Origin: Actinomycetota bacterium
Lineage (GTDB): Bacteria; Actinomycetota; Acidimicrobiia; Acidimicrobiales; VFJN01
Direction: 5' to 3'
DNA length: 42,921 nt
Assembly: GCA_046734695.1 (NCBI GenBank)
Contig: JBKPRS010000151.1
Coordinates: forward strand, 1 to 42,921
The stretch's first letter is position 1. Every line of letters starts with the position of its first letter. The notes beneath the pieces were generated by a model, which was not told where the DNA came from, did no database searches, and worked only from the letters and a program-made list of their open reading frames with translations. This document shows, one piece after another, positions 33,182-42,111 of this stretch. A program made the position numbers and the translations under genes.

Positions 33182-34387
33182 TCAGAGGAGGGCGGCCGCG
33201 AACTGGTCGTGGTGGTCGGTCCACCACCGGCGCCGGCGGTCGTAGCGCTCGCCGCCGCCGGTCCGGTCCCACATCGCGGTCGTGTTCGGGTCACCTGCCG
33301 CGACGGCGCGCCGGACGGCCGCTTCGACCTGGGCGATCGCATCGTCCATGGCGCCGAGCAGGCCGGCCCGGCCGTCCCGGTCCAGCCCGTACGCGTCGGC
33401 GACGACCCGCAGCCGGGCGGGCCGGTCGGCGGCCCGCCAGCTCAGGCGGCCCTGGTCGTACTCGTCCTCGACCGGCACCCAGAGCCGCGCCAGGTGGGCG
33501 AGGTCGTAGACCGGGCGGCCCGGGGCCGCGAACTCGAAGTCGAGCAACGCCACGGCGACGCCGTCCCGGAACACGACGTTGTCGGGAGCGACGTCGTTGT
33601 GGCACACGAGGGTCCCACCCTCGGGGTCGGCCAGGCTCTCGGTCCACCCGAGACCGCGCGCGTCGAACCCGCGGGCGGCCTCGTGCAGCCCACGCAGCAG
33701 TCGGGCGACCGACGCCAGCGCATCGTCGGTCTGGCTCCAGTCCGGATAGGGCATCAGCGGGACCTCGCCCTCGACGAACACGAGCCGCTCGCGCCCGTCC
33801 TCGTCGACCCCGACCGGCTCGGGCGCTCCCTCGAACCCCGAGTCCCTCACCGCCCGCAGGAAGGCGTGGATCGATCCGGTGTGCGGCGTCGAGGGCCGGA
33901 GCACGTGCGGACCGGACCGGACCACCTGTCCGGCGTTGGCGATACCGCCGGCGAGCGGCGGCTCCGTGGCGAACGTGCGGAGCCCGCGGCCGGGCGCCTG
34001 GGGGTCGGGGCGCCGGTTGGACGGATGGCGGAGGAACCAGCGGAGTCCCTTGCCGGCCAGGGGCTCGTCGCCGAACCGCGGGATGACGTGCAGGTGGGCG
34101 TGGGGGATCACCTGGCCGCCGGCGACGTAGGTGTTCCAGCCGAGGGTGTAGCCGTCGGGCCGGTAGCGGTCGTCCAGCAGCGGGCGGACCTCGCCGAGCA
34201 GGTCGTGGGTGGCCGCGAACTCCTCCGGGGTCAGGTCGAACACCGTCTCGCGGTGGGCCTTGGGGACGATGATGCCGGCGCCCGGCAACCCCTCGTCTCG
34301 GCTGCCGAACAGGCACCACCGGTTCTCGCGGACGAGATCGGACCCGGAGCGGAAGCCGTCGAGGTCGCAGAACAAGCAGCCGTCCAT
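33182..34387 (-). CDS. Fusion protein with an N-terminal HIT (histidine triad) domain and a C-terminal APH-like phosphotransferase domain
   Basis: The start is MDGCLFCDL. The HIT motif is HAHLHVIPR. The kinase has a Brenner motif CHNDVAPDNVVF and a DFG-like LLDFEFAAPG. The ORF-track extension up to 35452 is antisense to the esterase gene. Confidence 0.8.
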   Translation of the reverse strand: MDGCLFCDLDGFRSGSDLVRENRWCLFGSRDEGLPGAGIIVPKAHRETVFDLTPEEFAATHDLLGEVRPLLDDRYRPDGYTLGWNTYVAGGQVIPHAHLHVIPRFGDEPLAGKGLRWFLRHPSNRRPDPQAPGRGLRTFATEPPLAGGIANAGQVVRSGPHVLRPSTPHTGSIHAFLRAVRDSGFEGAPEPVGVDEDGRERLVFVEGEVPLMPYPDWSQTDDALASVARLLRGLHEAARGFDARGLGWTESLADPEGGTLVCHNDVAPDNVVFRDGVAVALLDFEFAAPGRPVYDLAHLARLWVPVEDEYDQGRLSWRAADRPARLRVVADAYGLDRDGRAGLLGAMDDAIAQVEAAVRRAVAAGDPNTTAMWDRTGGGERYDRRRRWWTDHHDQFAAALL

Positions 34388-34453
34388 GCGCCCAGCTTGC
34401 CGATCCCGCAAGCCCCCGGGGCCTCGGGGAAGGCCGGGGATACAGTCGCCGCG

Positions 34454-35449
34454 ATGGAGATCGAGCGGCTCGATGTGTCCGAGGAAGAGCGGGAGCAGGC
34501 CCGCAACATCGTCACGATGGTGGAGCAGGTGATGGCCACCATGCCGTCCATCACCGCCGTCGAGCCGGCCGAGACGCGGCGCCAGCGGGCGGAGGGGAAC
34601 TCGGTGCTCCCCGTGCCCGAGAAGCTCGACCACGCGATCGACCGCACGATCCCGGGCCCGACCGGGGAGATCCCGTTGCGCATGATCGTGCCGGACGACG
34701 TGCGCGGCGTGTACCTCCACATCCACGGGGGAGGCTGGACGCTCGGGGCCGCCGACCAGCAGGACCTCCTCCTCGACTTCTTCGCCACCGAGCTCGGCGT
34801 CGCCGTCGTCTCGGTCGAGTACCGCCTGGGCCCGGAGGACCCGTATCCCGCGGGCCCCGACGACTGCGAGGCGGCGGCGGCCTGGCTGGTCGCCAACGCG
34901 CGGAGCGAGTTCGGCAGCGACCGGCTGCTGATCGGCGGGGAGTCCGCCGGCGCGCACCTCAGCGCGGTGACGTTGCTGCGCATGCGGGACCGCCACGGGG
35001 CCGCCGATCGCTTCCTCGGCGCCAACCTCGTGTTCGGGCTGTACGACTTCGGGCTCACGCCCAGCGTGCGCCGCTGGGGCGACCGCAACCTCGTGCTCTC
35101 CACGCCGATCATCGAGTGGTTCGCGGGCTGCTTCCTCGGTGCGATGCCGCTGGAGCAACGCCGTGACCCGGACATCTCGCCGCTGCACGCCGACCTGACC
35201 GGTCTGCCGGCGGCGTTCTTCACCGTCGGCGCGCTCGACCCGCTGCTCGACGACTCCCTGTTCATGGCGGCTCGCTGGGATGCCGCCGGCAACCACGCCG
35301 AGATCGTGGTCTGCCCCGAGTCGATCCACGGGTTCACCGCGTTCCCCAACAGCATCGGGCTGCGGTCGCTCGCCCAGCAGTCGGGCTTCCTGAAGCGCCG
35401 GCTCGACGTCGCTCCGATCCCAGGTAGTTCTGAACATATAGAACATTGA
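34454..35449 (+). CDS. Alpha/beta hydrolase fold-3 esterase/lipase (hormone-sensitive-lipase family IV)
   Basis: Oxyanion-hole motif HIHGGGW and nucleophile elbow GGESAGAHL, plus a C-terminal HGF. Divergent from the HIT-kinase gene across a 66-bp spacer. Confidence 0.85.
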   Translation: MEIERLDVSEEEREQARNIVTMVEQVMATMPSITAVEPAETRRQRAEGNSVLPVPEKLDHAIDRTIPGPTGEIPLRMIVPDDVRGVYLHIHGGGWTLGAADQQDLLLDFFATELGVAVVSVEYRLGPEDPYPAGPDDCEAAAAWLVANARSEFGSDRLLIGGESAGAHLSAVTLLRMRDRHGAADRFLGANLVFGLYDFGLTPSVRRWGDRNLVLSTPIIEWFAGCFLGAMPLEQRRDPDISPLHADLTGLPAAFFTVGALDPLLDDSLFMAARWDAAGNHAEIVVCPESIHGFTAFPNSIGLRSLAQQSGFLKRRLDVAPIPGSSEHIEH

Positions 35450-35474
35450 CAAATTTGTGAAAGTTGGTTAGAGC
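35432..35474 (+). promoter_or_regulatory. AT-rich candidate promoter with a GAACAT direct repeat abutting a consensus -35 TTGACA
   Basis: GAACAT occurs at 35432-35437 and 35441-35446. TTGACA is at 35446-35451, followed by a 17-nt spacer and TAGAGC at 35469-35474. The GTG start at 35482 lies about 7 nt downstream, which is compatible with a leaderless mRNA. Confidence 0.4.
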
Positions 35475-35481
35475 GGATGGC

Positions 35482-36414
35482 GTGACAACCGCGATCCGCG
35501 CCTCCGGATTGGTGAAGACCTTCGGATCCACCCGTGCGCTCGACGGGCTCGACCTCTCCGTCGCCACCGGCGAAGTGCACGGGTTCCTGGGACCCAATGG
35601 CGCAGGCAAGACGACGACCATCCGCATCCTCCTCGGCCTGCTGCGGGCCGACTCCGGCGACGTCGAGCTGCTCGGCGGCGACCCGTGGCGCGATGCCGTG
35701 GAGCTCCACCAGCACATCGCCTACGTGCCCGGCGACGTGAACCTCTGGCCCAAGCTGACCGGAGGCGAGACCATCGACCTGTTCGGACGGCTGCGGGGCG
35801 ACCTCGACCCCCGGCGCCGGGACGAGCTGATCGAGCGCTTCGAGCTGGACCCGACCAAGCGGGCTCGCACGTACTCCAAGGGCAACCGGCAGAAGGTGGC
35901 GCTCGTCGCCGGGCTGTCCTCGGACGCCGAGCTGCTGCTGCTCGACGAGCCGACCTCGGGCCTCGACCCGCTGATGGAGGTCGTGTTCCAGGACGTCGTG
36001 CGGGAGATCCGGGCCGAGGGCCGGACCGTCCTGCTGTCCAGCCACATCCTCGCCCAGGTCGAGGCGCTCTGTGACCGGGTGAGCATCATCCGGGCCGGGC
36101 GCACCGTGGAGAGCGGCACCCTGACCGACCTCCGGCACCTGACCCGCACGTCGATCACGGCCGAGACCGTCCGCGCCCCGTCCGGCCTGGACAAGCTGGC
36201 GGGTGTCCACGACCTGCAGGTCCAGGACTCCCGGGCCCACTTCGACGTCGACACCGACCACCTCGACGCGGCCCTGCGCCACCTGACCGAGCTCGGAGTG
36301 CGCAGCCTCAGCAGCCAGCCGCCCACGCTCGAAGAGCTGTTCCTCCGCCACTACGGCGACGAGCTGGCCCACGAGCCCGAGCGCGCCGGCCTCGCCGCGG
36401 GGGACGGCTCGTGA
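35482..36414 (+). CDS. ABC-2-type exporter ATP-binding protein
   Basis: [24 protein letters not shown] and [12 protein letters not shown]. The GTG at 35482 gives an N-terminus [14 protein letters not shown] typical of this class; the ORF-track TTG at 35464 is an alternative start. Confidence 0.88.
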   Translation: MTTAIRASGLVKTFGSTRALDGLDLSVATGEVHGFLGPNGAGKTTTIRILLGLLRADSGDVELLGGDPWRDAVELHQHIAYVPGDVNLWPKLTGGETIDLFGRLRGDLDPRRRDELIERFELDPTKRARTYSKGNRQKVALVAGLSSDAELLLLDEPTSGLDPLMEVVFQDVVREIRAEGRTVLLSSHILAQVEALCDRVSIIRAGRTVESGTLTDLRHLTRTSITAETVRAPSGLDKLAGVHDLQVQDSRAHFDVDTDHLDAALRHLTELGVRSLSSQPPTLEELFLRHYGDELAHEPERAGLAAGDGS

Positions 36415-38021
36415 GCGAGCTGGTCGAGCGAAGCAGGAAACCGAGTGAGCTCACCGGCACGGCCCAGCTGGCGCGGGACATCCTCCGGCGCGACCGGGTG
36501 CGCATCGCGGTCTGGACACTGTCGATCGCCGGGCTGGTGGTGGTGACGGCCGCCAGCGTCCAGGGCCTGTTCCCGACCCAGGCCGACCTCGACAAGGCCG
36601 CCGCGGCCGAGACGAGCGCGGCGGCCATCGTCCTGAACGGCCCGCCCTACGGGCTCGACACGGTGGGCGGCCAGGTCGCCTACCAGGTCGGGGTCTGGGG
36701 CATGGTGGCCGTCGCCCTCATGACCCTGCTGATGTTCACCCGGAACACGCGGGCCGAGGAGGAGAGCGGGCGCCTCGACCTGGTGCGGGCCACGGTGGTC
36801 GGGCGCCACGCCCAGTCCACGGCCGCGCTGATCATCGTCGGCGGGATCAACCTGCTGGTCGGCACGGTGGTGGCACTGGCCAACATCGCCTACGGCCTGC
36901 CGGTGGTCGGCTCTCTGGTCTTCGGCGCGGGGTTCACCGTGCTGGGCCTGATCTTCGCGGGCGTCACCGCCATCACCACGCAGGTCACCGAGAACTCCCG
37001 GGTCGCCAACGGCCTGGCCGGCATGGTGCTCGGCCTGGCCTTCGCGCTGCGGGCCATCGGCGACGTGAACGACGGCACGCTGTCCTGGCTCTCGCCCATC
37101 GGTCTGGTGCAGAAGTCCCGGCCCTACGCCGGCGACGTCTGGTGGCCGCTGGCGATCGGGCTGGCCCTCGCGGGAGTGCTGACCCTGGTGGCGGGGAGGC
37201 TCGCCTCCCACCGGGACATCGGCGCCGGCCTCGTGCCGCCGCGGCCCGGGCCGGCGGTGGGCGGACGCCTCCTCACCCGGCCGGTCGGGCTCGCCGTGCG
37301 CCTGCAGCGCGGCACCCTGATCGCCTGGGCCGCCGGGCTGTTCGCCACCGGCGTGGCCTACGGCTCGATCGTCGACCAGCTCGACGACCTGCTCGGCGAC
37401 AACCAGTCGGCGAAGGACCTGATCGCCCAGGCGGGCGGGGTCAGCATCCAGGACTCCTACCTGGCCACGACCATGCTCGTCCTGGCCCTCATCGCCACCG
37501 GCTACGCCATCCAGTCCGCGCTCCGGCTGCGGACCGAGGAGAACGCGGGCCGGGTGGAGCCGCTGCTGGCCACGCCGACCTCTCGCGACCGCTGGGTCGG
37601 AAGCCACCTGGTCATGTCGTTCCTGGGCGGCGCGCTGGTCCTCGCGGCCGGCGGGCTGGGGATGGGCCTGACGGTGGGCCTGATCACCGGCGACATGGGC
37701 GAGGTGCCGCGCCTGGTGGGTGCCTCGCTGGTCTACGTGCCGGCGGTGTGGCTGCTGGCCGGCATCGCGATCGCCCTGTTCGGCCTGGCGCCCCGGGCCT
37801 CGCTGGCGGCCTGGGCGGGGATCGCGTTCTGCTTCGTGATCGGCATGTTCGGCCAGCTGCTCAGCCTGCCCCAGTGGCTGATCGACCTGTCGCCCTACCA
37901 GCGGACGCCGCAGGTCCCCGCGGCGGACCTGACCTTCGGGGCCCTGGCCGTCATCGCGGCGGTGGCCGTCGCGCTGACCGCGGCGGGGATGGCCGGGTTC
38001 CGGCACCGGGACCTCGCGTGA
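36411..38021 (+). CDS. Large polytopic ABC-2-family exporter permease (about 12 TM)
   Basis: GTGA overlap with the ATPase. Two sets of about six hydrophobic helices are separated by a loop. The family resembles the putative polyketide-antibiotic exporter permeases as I recall them. Confidence 0.78.
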   Translation: MSELVERSRKPSELTGTAQLARDILRRDRVRIAVWTLSIAGLVVVTAASVQGLFPTQADLDKAAAAETSAAAIVLNGPPYGLDTVGGQVAYQVGVWGMVAVALMTLLMFTRNTRAEEESGRLDLVRATVVGRHAQSTAALIIVGGINLLVGTVVALANIAYGLPVVGSLVFGAGFTVLGLIFAGVTAITTQVTENSRVANGLAGMVLGLAFALRAIGDVNDGTLSWLSPIGLVQKSRPYAGDVWWPLAIGLALAGVLTLVAGRLASHRDIGAGLVPPRPGPAVGGRLLTRPVGLAVRLQRGTLIAWAAGLFATGVAYGSIVDQLDDLLGDNQSAKDLIAQAGGVSIQDSYLATTMLVLALIATGYAIQSALRLRTEENAGRVEPLLATPTSRDRWVGSHLVMSFLGGALVLAAGGLGMGLTVGLITGDMGEVPRLVGASLVYVPAVWLLAGIAIALFGLAPRASLAAWAGIAFCFVIGMFGQLLSLPQWLIDLSPYQRTPQVPAADLTFGALAVIAAVAVALTAAGMAGFRHRDLA

Positions 38022-38524
38022 GCGCCGTGCCCGAGTCCAGACCGCAGCCGCGGGACGGCGACGAGGTCCACCGGTTCATCGAGCGCTTCGCGTCGGTGCT
38101 GTCCGAGGCCGGCATCCCGCGCATGCCCGCCCGGGTGTTCGTGGCGCTGCTCGTGACCGACTCCGGCCGGCTGACCGCGGCCGAGATCGTCGACCTGCTG
38201 CACATCAGCCCGGCCGCCGTGTCCGGCGCCATGCGCTACCTGGTCCCGCTCAACATGGTGAGCCGGGAGCGCGAGCGGGGGTCGCGGCGCGACGTCTACC
38301 GGGTCCACGACGACGTCTGGTACGAGGTGAGCCTGCGCCAGGACCAGGTGCTGACCCGCTGGGAGACCAGCCTGCGGGAGGGGATCAGCGCGCTGGGCCG
38401 CGACACGCCGGCCGGCCGGCGGCTCGTGGAGACCCACGAGTACGTCGACTTCGTCCGCGAGGAGCTGCCCGCCATCCGCACGAAATGGCACGAGCGCCAG
38501 GCCGAGCTGCGGGCCCGGATGTGA
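38018..38524 (+). CDS. GbsR/MarR-like winged-helix transcriptional regulator
   Basis: GTGA overlap with the permease. FIERFASVLSEAGIPRMPARVFVALLVTDSGRLTAAEIVDLLHISPAAVSGAMRYL is typical of the GbsR/MarR-type wHTH. Confidence 0.7.
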   Translation: MSAVPESRPQPRDGDEVHRFIERFASVLSEAGIPRMPARVFVALLVTDSGRLTAAEIVDLLHISPAAVSGAMRYLVPLNMVSRERERGSRRDVYRVHDDVWYEVSLRQDQVLTRWETSLREGISALGRDTPAGRRLVETHEYVDFVREELPAIRTKWHERQAELRARM

Positions 38525-38533
38525 CCTTCACCC

Positions 38534-38566
38534 CTTCTTAACAGCGGCCGCCGACTTCTTAACAGC
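38534..38566 (+). promoter_or_regulatory. Perfect 12-bp direct repeat CTTCTTAACAGC, present twice, 21 bp start-to-start
   Basis: The copies at 38534-38545 and 38555-38566 are identical. They are AT-richer than their surroundings and lie between the regulator stop (38524) and the APC permease start (38573 or 38600). Confidence 0.55.
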
Positions 38567-38572
38567 ACCCTG

Positions 38573-40981
38573 ATGGCGGGTGGCGTTGAGTGGGACTGGA
38601 TGGTCGTCACCACACGCGCCCCCGATGCCGCCACGGCTCGGGAGGGCCACGTACCCGTCCCGGTCGAACCGGCAATCGAGGTGCCTCCCGACACGTTCGG
38701 CTACCGGGTGAAGCGCCGGCTGCTCGGCCCGCCCCTCCACACCGAGCAGCTCGAAGACGAGCGGCTCGGCAAGCCGACGGCGCTGGCCGTGTTCGCGTCC
38801 GACAACCTGTCGTCCTCGGCGTACGCGACCGAGGAGATCCTGCGGGTGCTCGTCCCCGCGGTCGGGGTTGCCGCGTTCTCGCTGGTCGTACCCCTCACGG
38901 TGGCGATGCTGGCCGTGCTCGCGGTGCTGATCCTGTCGTACCGCCAGACCATCAAGGCCTACCCGACTGCGGGCGGGGCCTACATGGTGACCCGCGACAA
39001 CTTCGGGATCCTGCCCGCCCAGGTCGCCGGGGTGGCGCTGCTGACCGACTACGTGCTCACCGTCGCCGTCTCGGTGGCGGCAGGTGTCGCCGCCCTGGTC
39101 TCGGCCTTCGCCGGGCTCACGCCGTACACGGTGCCGCTGTCGGTGGCGTTCATCTGTCTGATCGCCTTCGGCAACCTGCGCGGCGTCAAGGAGTCCGGGC
39201 GCATCTTCGCGATCCCCACCTACTTCTTCATCCTCAACATGGTGTTGCTGCTGGGCCTGGGCCTCGCCCGGATGTTCGCCGGCGACCTGCCCACGGCCGA
39301 GCACGGGCAGAAGGGCCTCGTCGATTTCGGCAGCAGTGGCAGCGGCCTGCTCATGGGCGCGTCCCTGTTCGTCGTGATGCACGCCTTCGCCTCGGGCGGC
39401 GCGGCGGTGACCGGCGTCGAGGCGATCTCCAACGGCGTGCCCGCCTTCCGCCGGCCGGCATGGCGCAACGCCCGCACCACGCTCGTGATCATGGGCAGCC
39501 TGCTGGGCGCCATGTTCCTCGGCCTGTCGATCCTCGGCGCCCACCTCCAAGTGGCCCCGTTCGAGGACGGCACCCCCACGGTCATCTCCCAGGTCGGGGA
39601 CCTCGTCTACGGGAACAGCCCGTCGGGGCGAGTGCTGTTCTACGCGCTGCAGGCCGGCACCATGCTCATCCTGGTCCTGGCGGCCAACACCAGCTTCGCC
39701 GACTTCCCCCGGCTGGCGAGCTTCCACGCCGGGGACAACTTCATGCCGCGGCAGCTGACCAAACGGGGCCACCGCCTGGTCTTCTCCAACGGCATCCTCT
39801 TCCTGTCCGGGTTCGCCATCATCCTGGTGGTCGTCACGGGGGCCAAGGTCGACCGGCTCATCCCGCTCTACGCCATCGGGGTCTTCACGTCGTTCACGCT
39901 CTCCCAGGCCGGCATGGCCCGCCACCACCTGCGCGAGCGCGAGCCCGGCTGGCGCGGCGGCTTCGTGATCAACGGCGTCGGCGCGGTGATGACCCTCGTG
40001 GTCGACGTCGTCATCGCCATCACCAAGTTCACCCACGGGGCGTGGGTCATCGTGGGTCTCGTCCCGCTGATGGTGGTGTTCCTCGTGCGGCTGTCCCGCC
40101 AGTACGAGGCCGAGGCCCTCCAGCTCGACGACAACGTGGCCGACGCCGTCGCCGCGCCCATACTGCGCCGTCACGTCGTGCTCGTGTTCGTCGACCGCCT
40201 CGACCTGGCCGCGGCCCGGGCCATCCAGTACGCCCGCACGCTGATGCCCGACGAGCTGCGGGCCGTGCACTTCGCGCTCGACGAGCAGCGGGCCGCCGAG
40301 ATCGCGCAGGCCTGGGTCGACCACGGGATGTCCCGCATCGCGCTGGACCTCGCCGACTGCCCCGATCGCCGGCTGTCGCAGGCGGCCGTCGAGCTCGTGG
40401 CCCGTGACCTCGCCGACGGCCAGACCGAGGTCAGCGTCCTGCTGCCCGACCGCAAGTACAGCGGCGTCTGGCACCGCATCCTGCACGACCAGACCGCTGA
40501 CTCCATCGAGCGCGCCGTGTCCCGGCTGCCGCACGCCAACGTGACGACCGTCCCCTTCCACTTCATCTCCCGCACGGCCGCCCGTGGCACCGGCGAAGCC
40601 GCCGAGCCCGCCGCCGCACTGGCCGCGACGGTCACCGGCCCCCGCCCGTCCCCCGTGGTGTCGCGGGCTCGCAACGGATCGGCCGAGCGGCCGGAGCCCA
40701 GGCCCGACGGCACGGTGCCGATCGGCGAGGTCGGGTGGCGCCAGCGCGTCCAGATCGAAGGGCGCATCCGGACCCTGCGCGTCCAGCCCCTCGCCGGGAC
40801 CGCGACCCTCGAGTGCGTCGTCGAGGACGACACGGGCGCGCTGTCCCTCGTCTTCCTCGGCCGCAGCGACATTCCGGGCATCGCGATCGGCACCCGCCTG
40901 CGGGCCGAGGGCACCGCGGGCGAGCACCACGGCCGCCTCGCCATCCTCAACCCCGTCTACCAGCTGCGCCCCCGCCGCTAG
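38573..40981 (+). CDS. APC-superfamily permease with a large cytoplasmic C-terminal region ending in an OB-fold domain
   Basis: N-terminus FGYRVKRRLLGPPLHTEQLEDERLGKPTALAVFASDNLSSSAYATEEIL plus about 12 TM helices. The last roughly 90 aa (RQRVQIEGRIRTLRVQP ... LSLVFLGRSDIPGIAIGTRLRAEGTAGEHHGRLAILNPVYQL) match the actinobacterial stand-alone OB-fold protein pattern. An alternative ATG is at 38600. Confidence 0.8.
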   Translation: MAGGVEWDWMVVTTRAPDAATAREGHVPVPVEPAIEVPPDTFGYRVKRRLLGPPLHTEQLEDERLGKPTALAVFASDNLSSSAYATEEILRVLVPAVGVAAFSLVVPLTVAMLAVLAVLILSYRQTIKAYPTAGGAYMVTRDNFGILPAQVAGVALLTDYVLTVAVSVAAGVAALVSAFAGLTPYTVPLSVAFICLIAFGNLRGVKESGRIFAIPTYFFILNMVLLLGLGLARMFAGDLPTAEHGQKGLVDFGSSGSGLLMGASLFVVMHAFASGGAAVTGVEAISNGVPAFRRPAWRNARTTLVIMGSLLGAMFLGLSILGAHLQVAPFEDGTPTVISQVGDLVYGNSPSGRVLFYALQAGTMLILVLAANTSFADFPRLASFHAGDNFMPRQLTKRGHRLVFSNGILFLSGFAIILVVVTGAKVDRLIPLYAIGVFTSFTLSQAGMARHHLREREPGWRGGFVINGVGAVMTLVVDVVIAITKFTHGAWVIVGLVPLMVVFLVRLSRQYEAEALQLDDNVADAVAAPILRRHVVLVFVDRLDLAAARAIQYARTLMPDELRAVHFALDEQRAAEIAQAWVDHGMSRIALDLADCPDRRLSQAAVELVARDLADGQTEVSVLLPDRKYSGVWHRILHDQTADSIERAVSRLPHANVTTVPFHFISRTAARGTGEAAEPAAALAATVTGPRPSPVVSRARNGSAERPEPRPDGTVPIGEVGWRQRVQIEGRIRTLRVQPLAGTATLECVVEDDTGALSLVFLGRSDIPGIAIGTRLRAEGTAGEHHGRLAILNPVYQLRPRR

Positions 40982-41144
40982 CGCGCCGCTCGCGCGCCGT
41001 TGGGCGGGCATCGACGTCCCTTACGGCGCCTTCGTCCACCACGCGGGCGAGCTGGTGGGCATCAGCTCCGCCGAGCTGCTGGTCCCCGAGGGCCGGGCTT
41101 CGGCTTCGACGACCTGATGGCCCACGTCGCCCCGCTGGTGGGTC

Positions 41145-41663
41145 TCAGGCGCTAGGCGGTCCCATCACGTCCGGAAGGCGGCCGCCGCCGAAGTCGAGCA
41201 GGCCGGCCCACGTGGGCCGCACGGCGATGCGTGCCATGCGGGTGCCGGGCTGGTCGGCCATGGCGACGTACTGGCCGCCGGCCTCGTCGCCGAGGTACTG
41301 GCGGGCCGCGTCGGCGTAGTCGGGATCGACCCCGTCGACCTCGGTGATCTCCGCCCGGCCCCGGATCAGGAGCGCCTGCGCGGGTGAGCTCTCGGTGTCG
41401 ATCGAGACGGCGACGTCGGGCCGGGCGTGCAGTGCCGCCAGCCGGTGGGCCGGCCCCCGGACGTGGGGCGCGTGGATGAACGTCGGCATGACCAGCTCGC
41501 CGCCGGTCCACCGGAACCAGGTCGGCAGGATCCGCGGGGTGCCGTCCTTGGCCGTGTAGGCGACGCGCGCCGGGATGGCCGAGGCCAGCAACTGCTGGGC
41601 CAGCGGGGTCTGGAGCAGCTCCAGGCTGCCCTGGGGGAGGGCGGCGGGATCAGCGTCGGTCAT
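41145..41663 (-). CDS. PPOX-family (pyridoxamine 5'-phosphate oxidase-like, probably F420/FMN-binding) protein
   Basis: LELLQTPLAQQLLASAIPARVAYTAKDGTPRILPTWFRWTGGELVM ... LLIRGRAEI. ATGA overlap with the hxlR-like gene. Confidence 0.8.
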   Translation of the reverse strand: MTDADPAALPQGSLELLQTPLAQQLLASAIPARVAYTAKDGTPRILPTWFRWTGGELVMPTFIHAPHVRGPAHRLAALHARPDVAVSIDTESSPAQALLIRGRAEITEVDGVDPDYADAARQYLGDEAGGQYVAMADQPGTRMARIAVRPTWAGLLDFGGGRLPDVMGPPSA

Positions 41664-42067
41664 GTCGGTCTCTCCCTGTCGTGCAGCTCGCGGTGGACCA
41701 GCACCTCGTCCATGTGGCTCTCGGCCCACGCCTTGAGGCCGTGCATGACGGCCTGGAGCGACGCTCCCAGGTCGGTCAGCTCGTAGGTGACCGTCACGGG
41801 CACCGTCGGCGTGACCGTGCGAGTGAGCAGGCCGTCGCGCTCGAGAGAGCGCAGGGTCTGGGTCAGCATCTTCTGGCTGACGCCAGCCAGGCGCCGGGAC
41901 AGCTCGGAGTAGCGCAGCGCCCGCGGCTCCTCCAGCGCGGCCAGGATCAGTGCGACCCACTTGTCGGAGATCCGGTCGAGCAGCTGGCGGCTCGGGCAGC
42001 TCGCCAGGAAGGCGTCGTAGTCCACCTTCGCCTGCGCCCGCTTCTCCGCCGCTGACATCGAAGCCAT
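41660..42067 (-). CDS. HxlR-family (MarR-like winged-helix) transcriptional regulator
   Basis: CPSRQLLDRISDKWVALILAAL ... LRYSELSRRLAGVSQKMLTQTLRSLERDGLLTRTV ... VTYELTDLG. Confidence 0.88.
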   Translation of the reverse strand: MASMSAAEKRAQAKVDYDAFLASCPSRQLLDRISDKWVALILAALEEPRALRYSELSRRLAGVSQKMLTQTLRSLERDGLLTRTVTPTVPVTVTYELTDLGASLQAVMHGLKAWAESHMDEVLVHRELHDRERPT

Positions 42068-42086
42068 GGACCGTCCTTCGTCGGCG

Positions 42087-42111
42087 AGTAACGCACTTTC
42101 AGGTGCCTACT
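42087..42111. promoter_or_regulatory. Imperfect inverted repeat in the hxlR/oxidoreductase divergent spacer; candidate HxlR operator
   Basis: AGTAACGCAC-TTTCAG-GTGCCTACT. The arms match except for one inserted or missing base. Confidence 0.35.

Noticed and set aside
32684-35452. The 921-aa plus-strand ORF and the 756-aa minus-strand ORF spanning both the HIT-kinase and esterase genes, as possible giant overlapping genes.
   Set aside because: Only the 3' part of each has protein-like sequence and motifs (esterase from ATG 34454; HIT-kinase from ATG 34387). The 5' parts are antisense junk of the neighbouring gene. Sensible start codons separated by a 66-bp divergent spacer resolve them.
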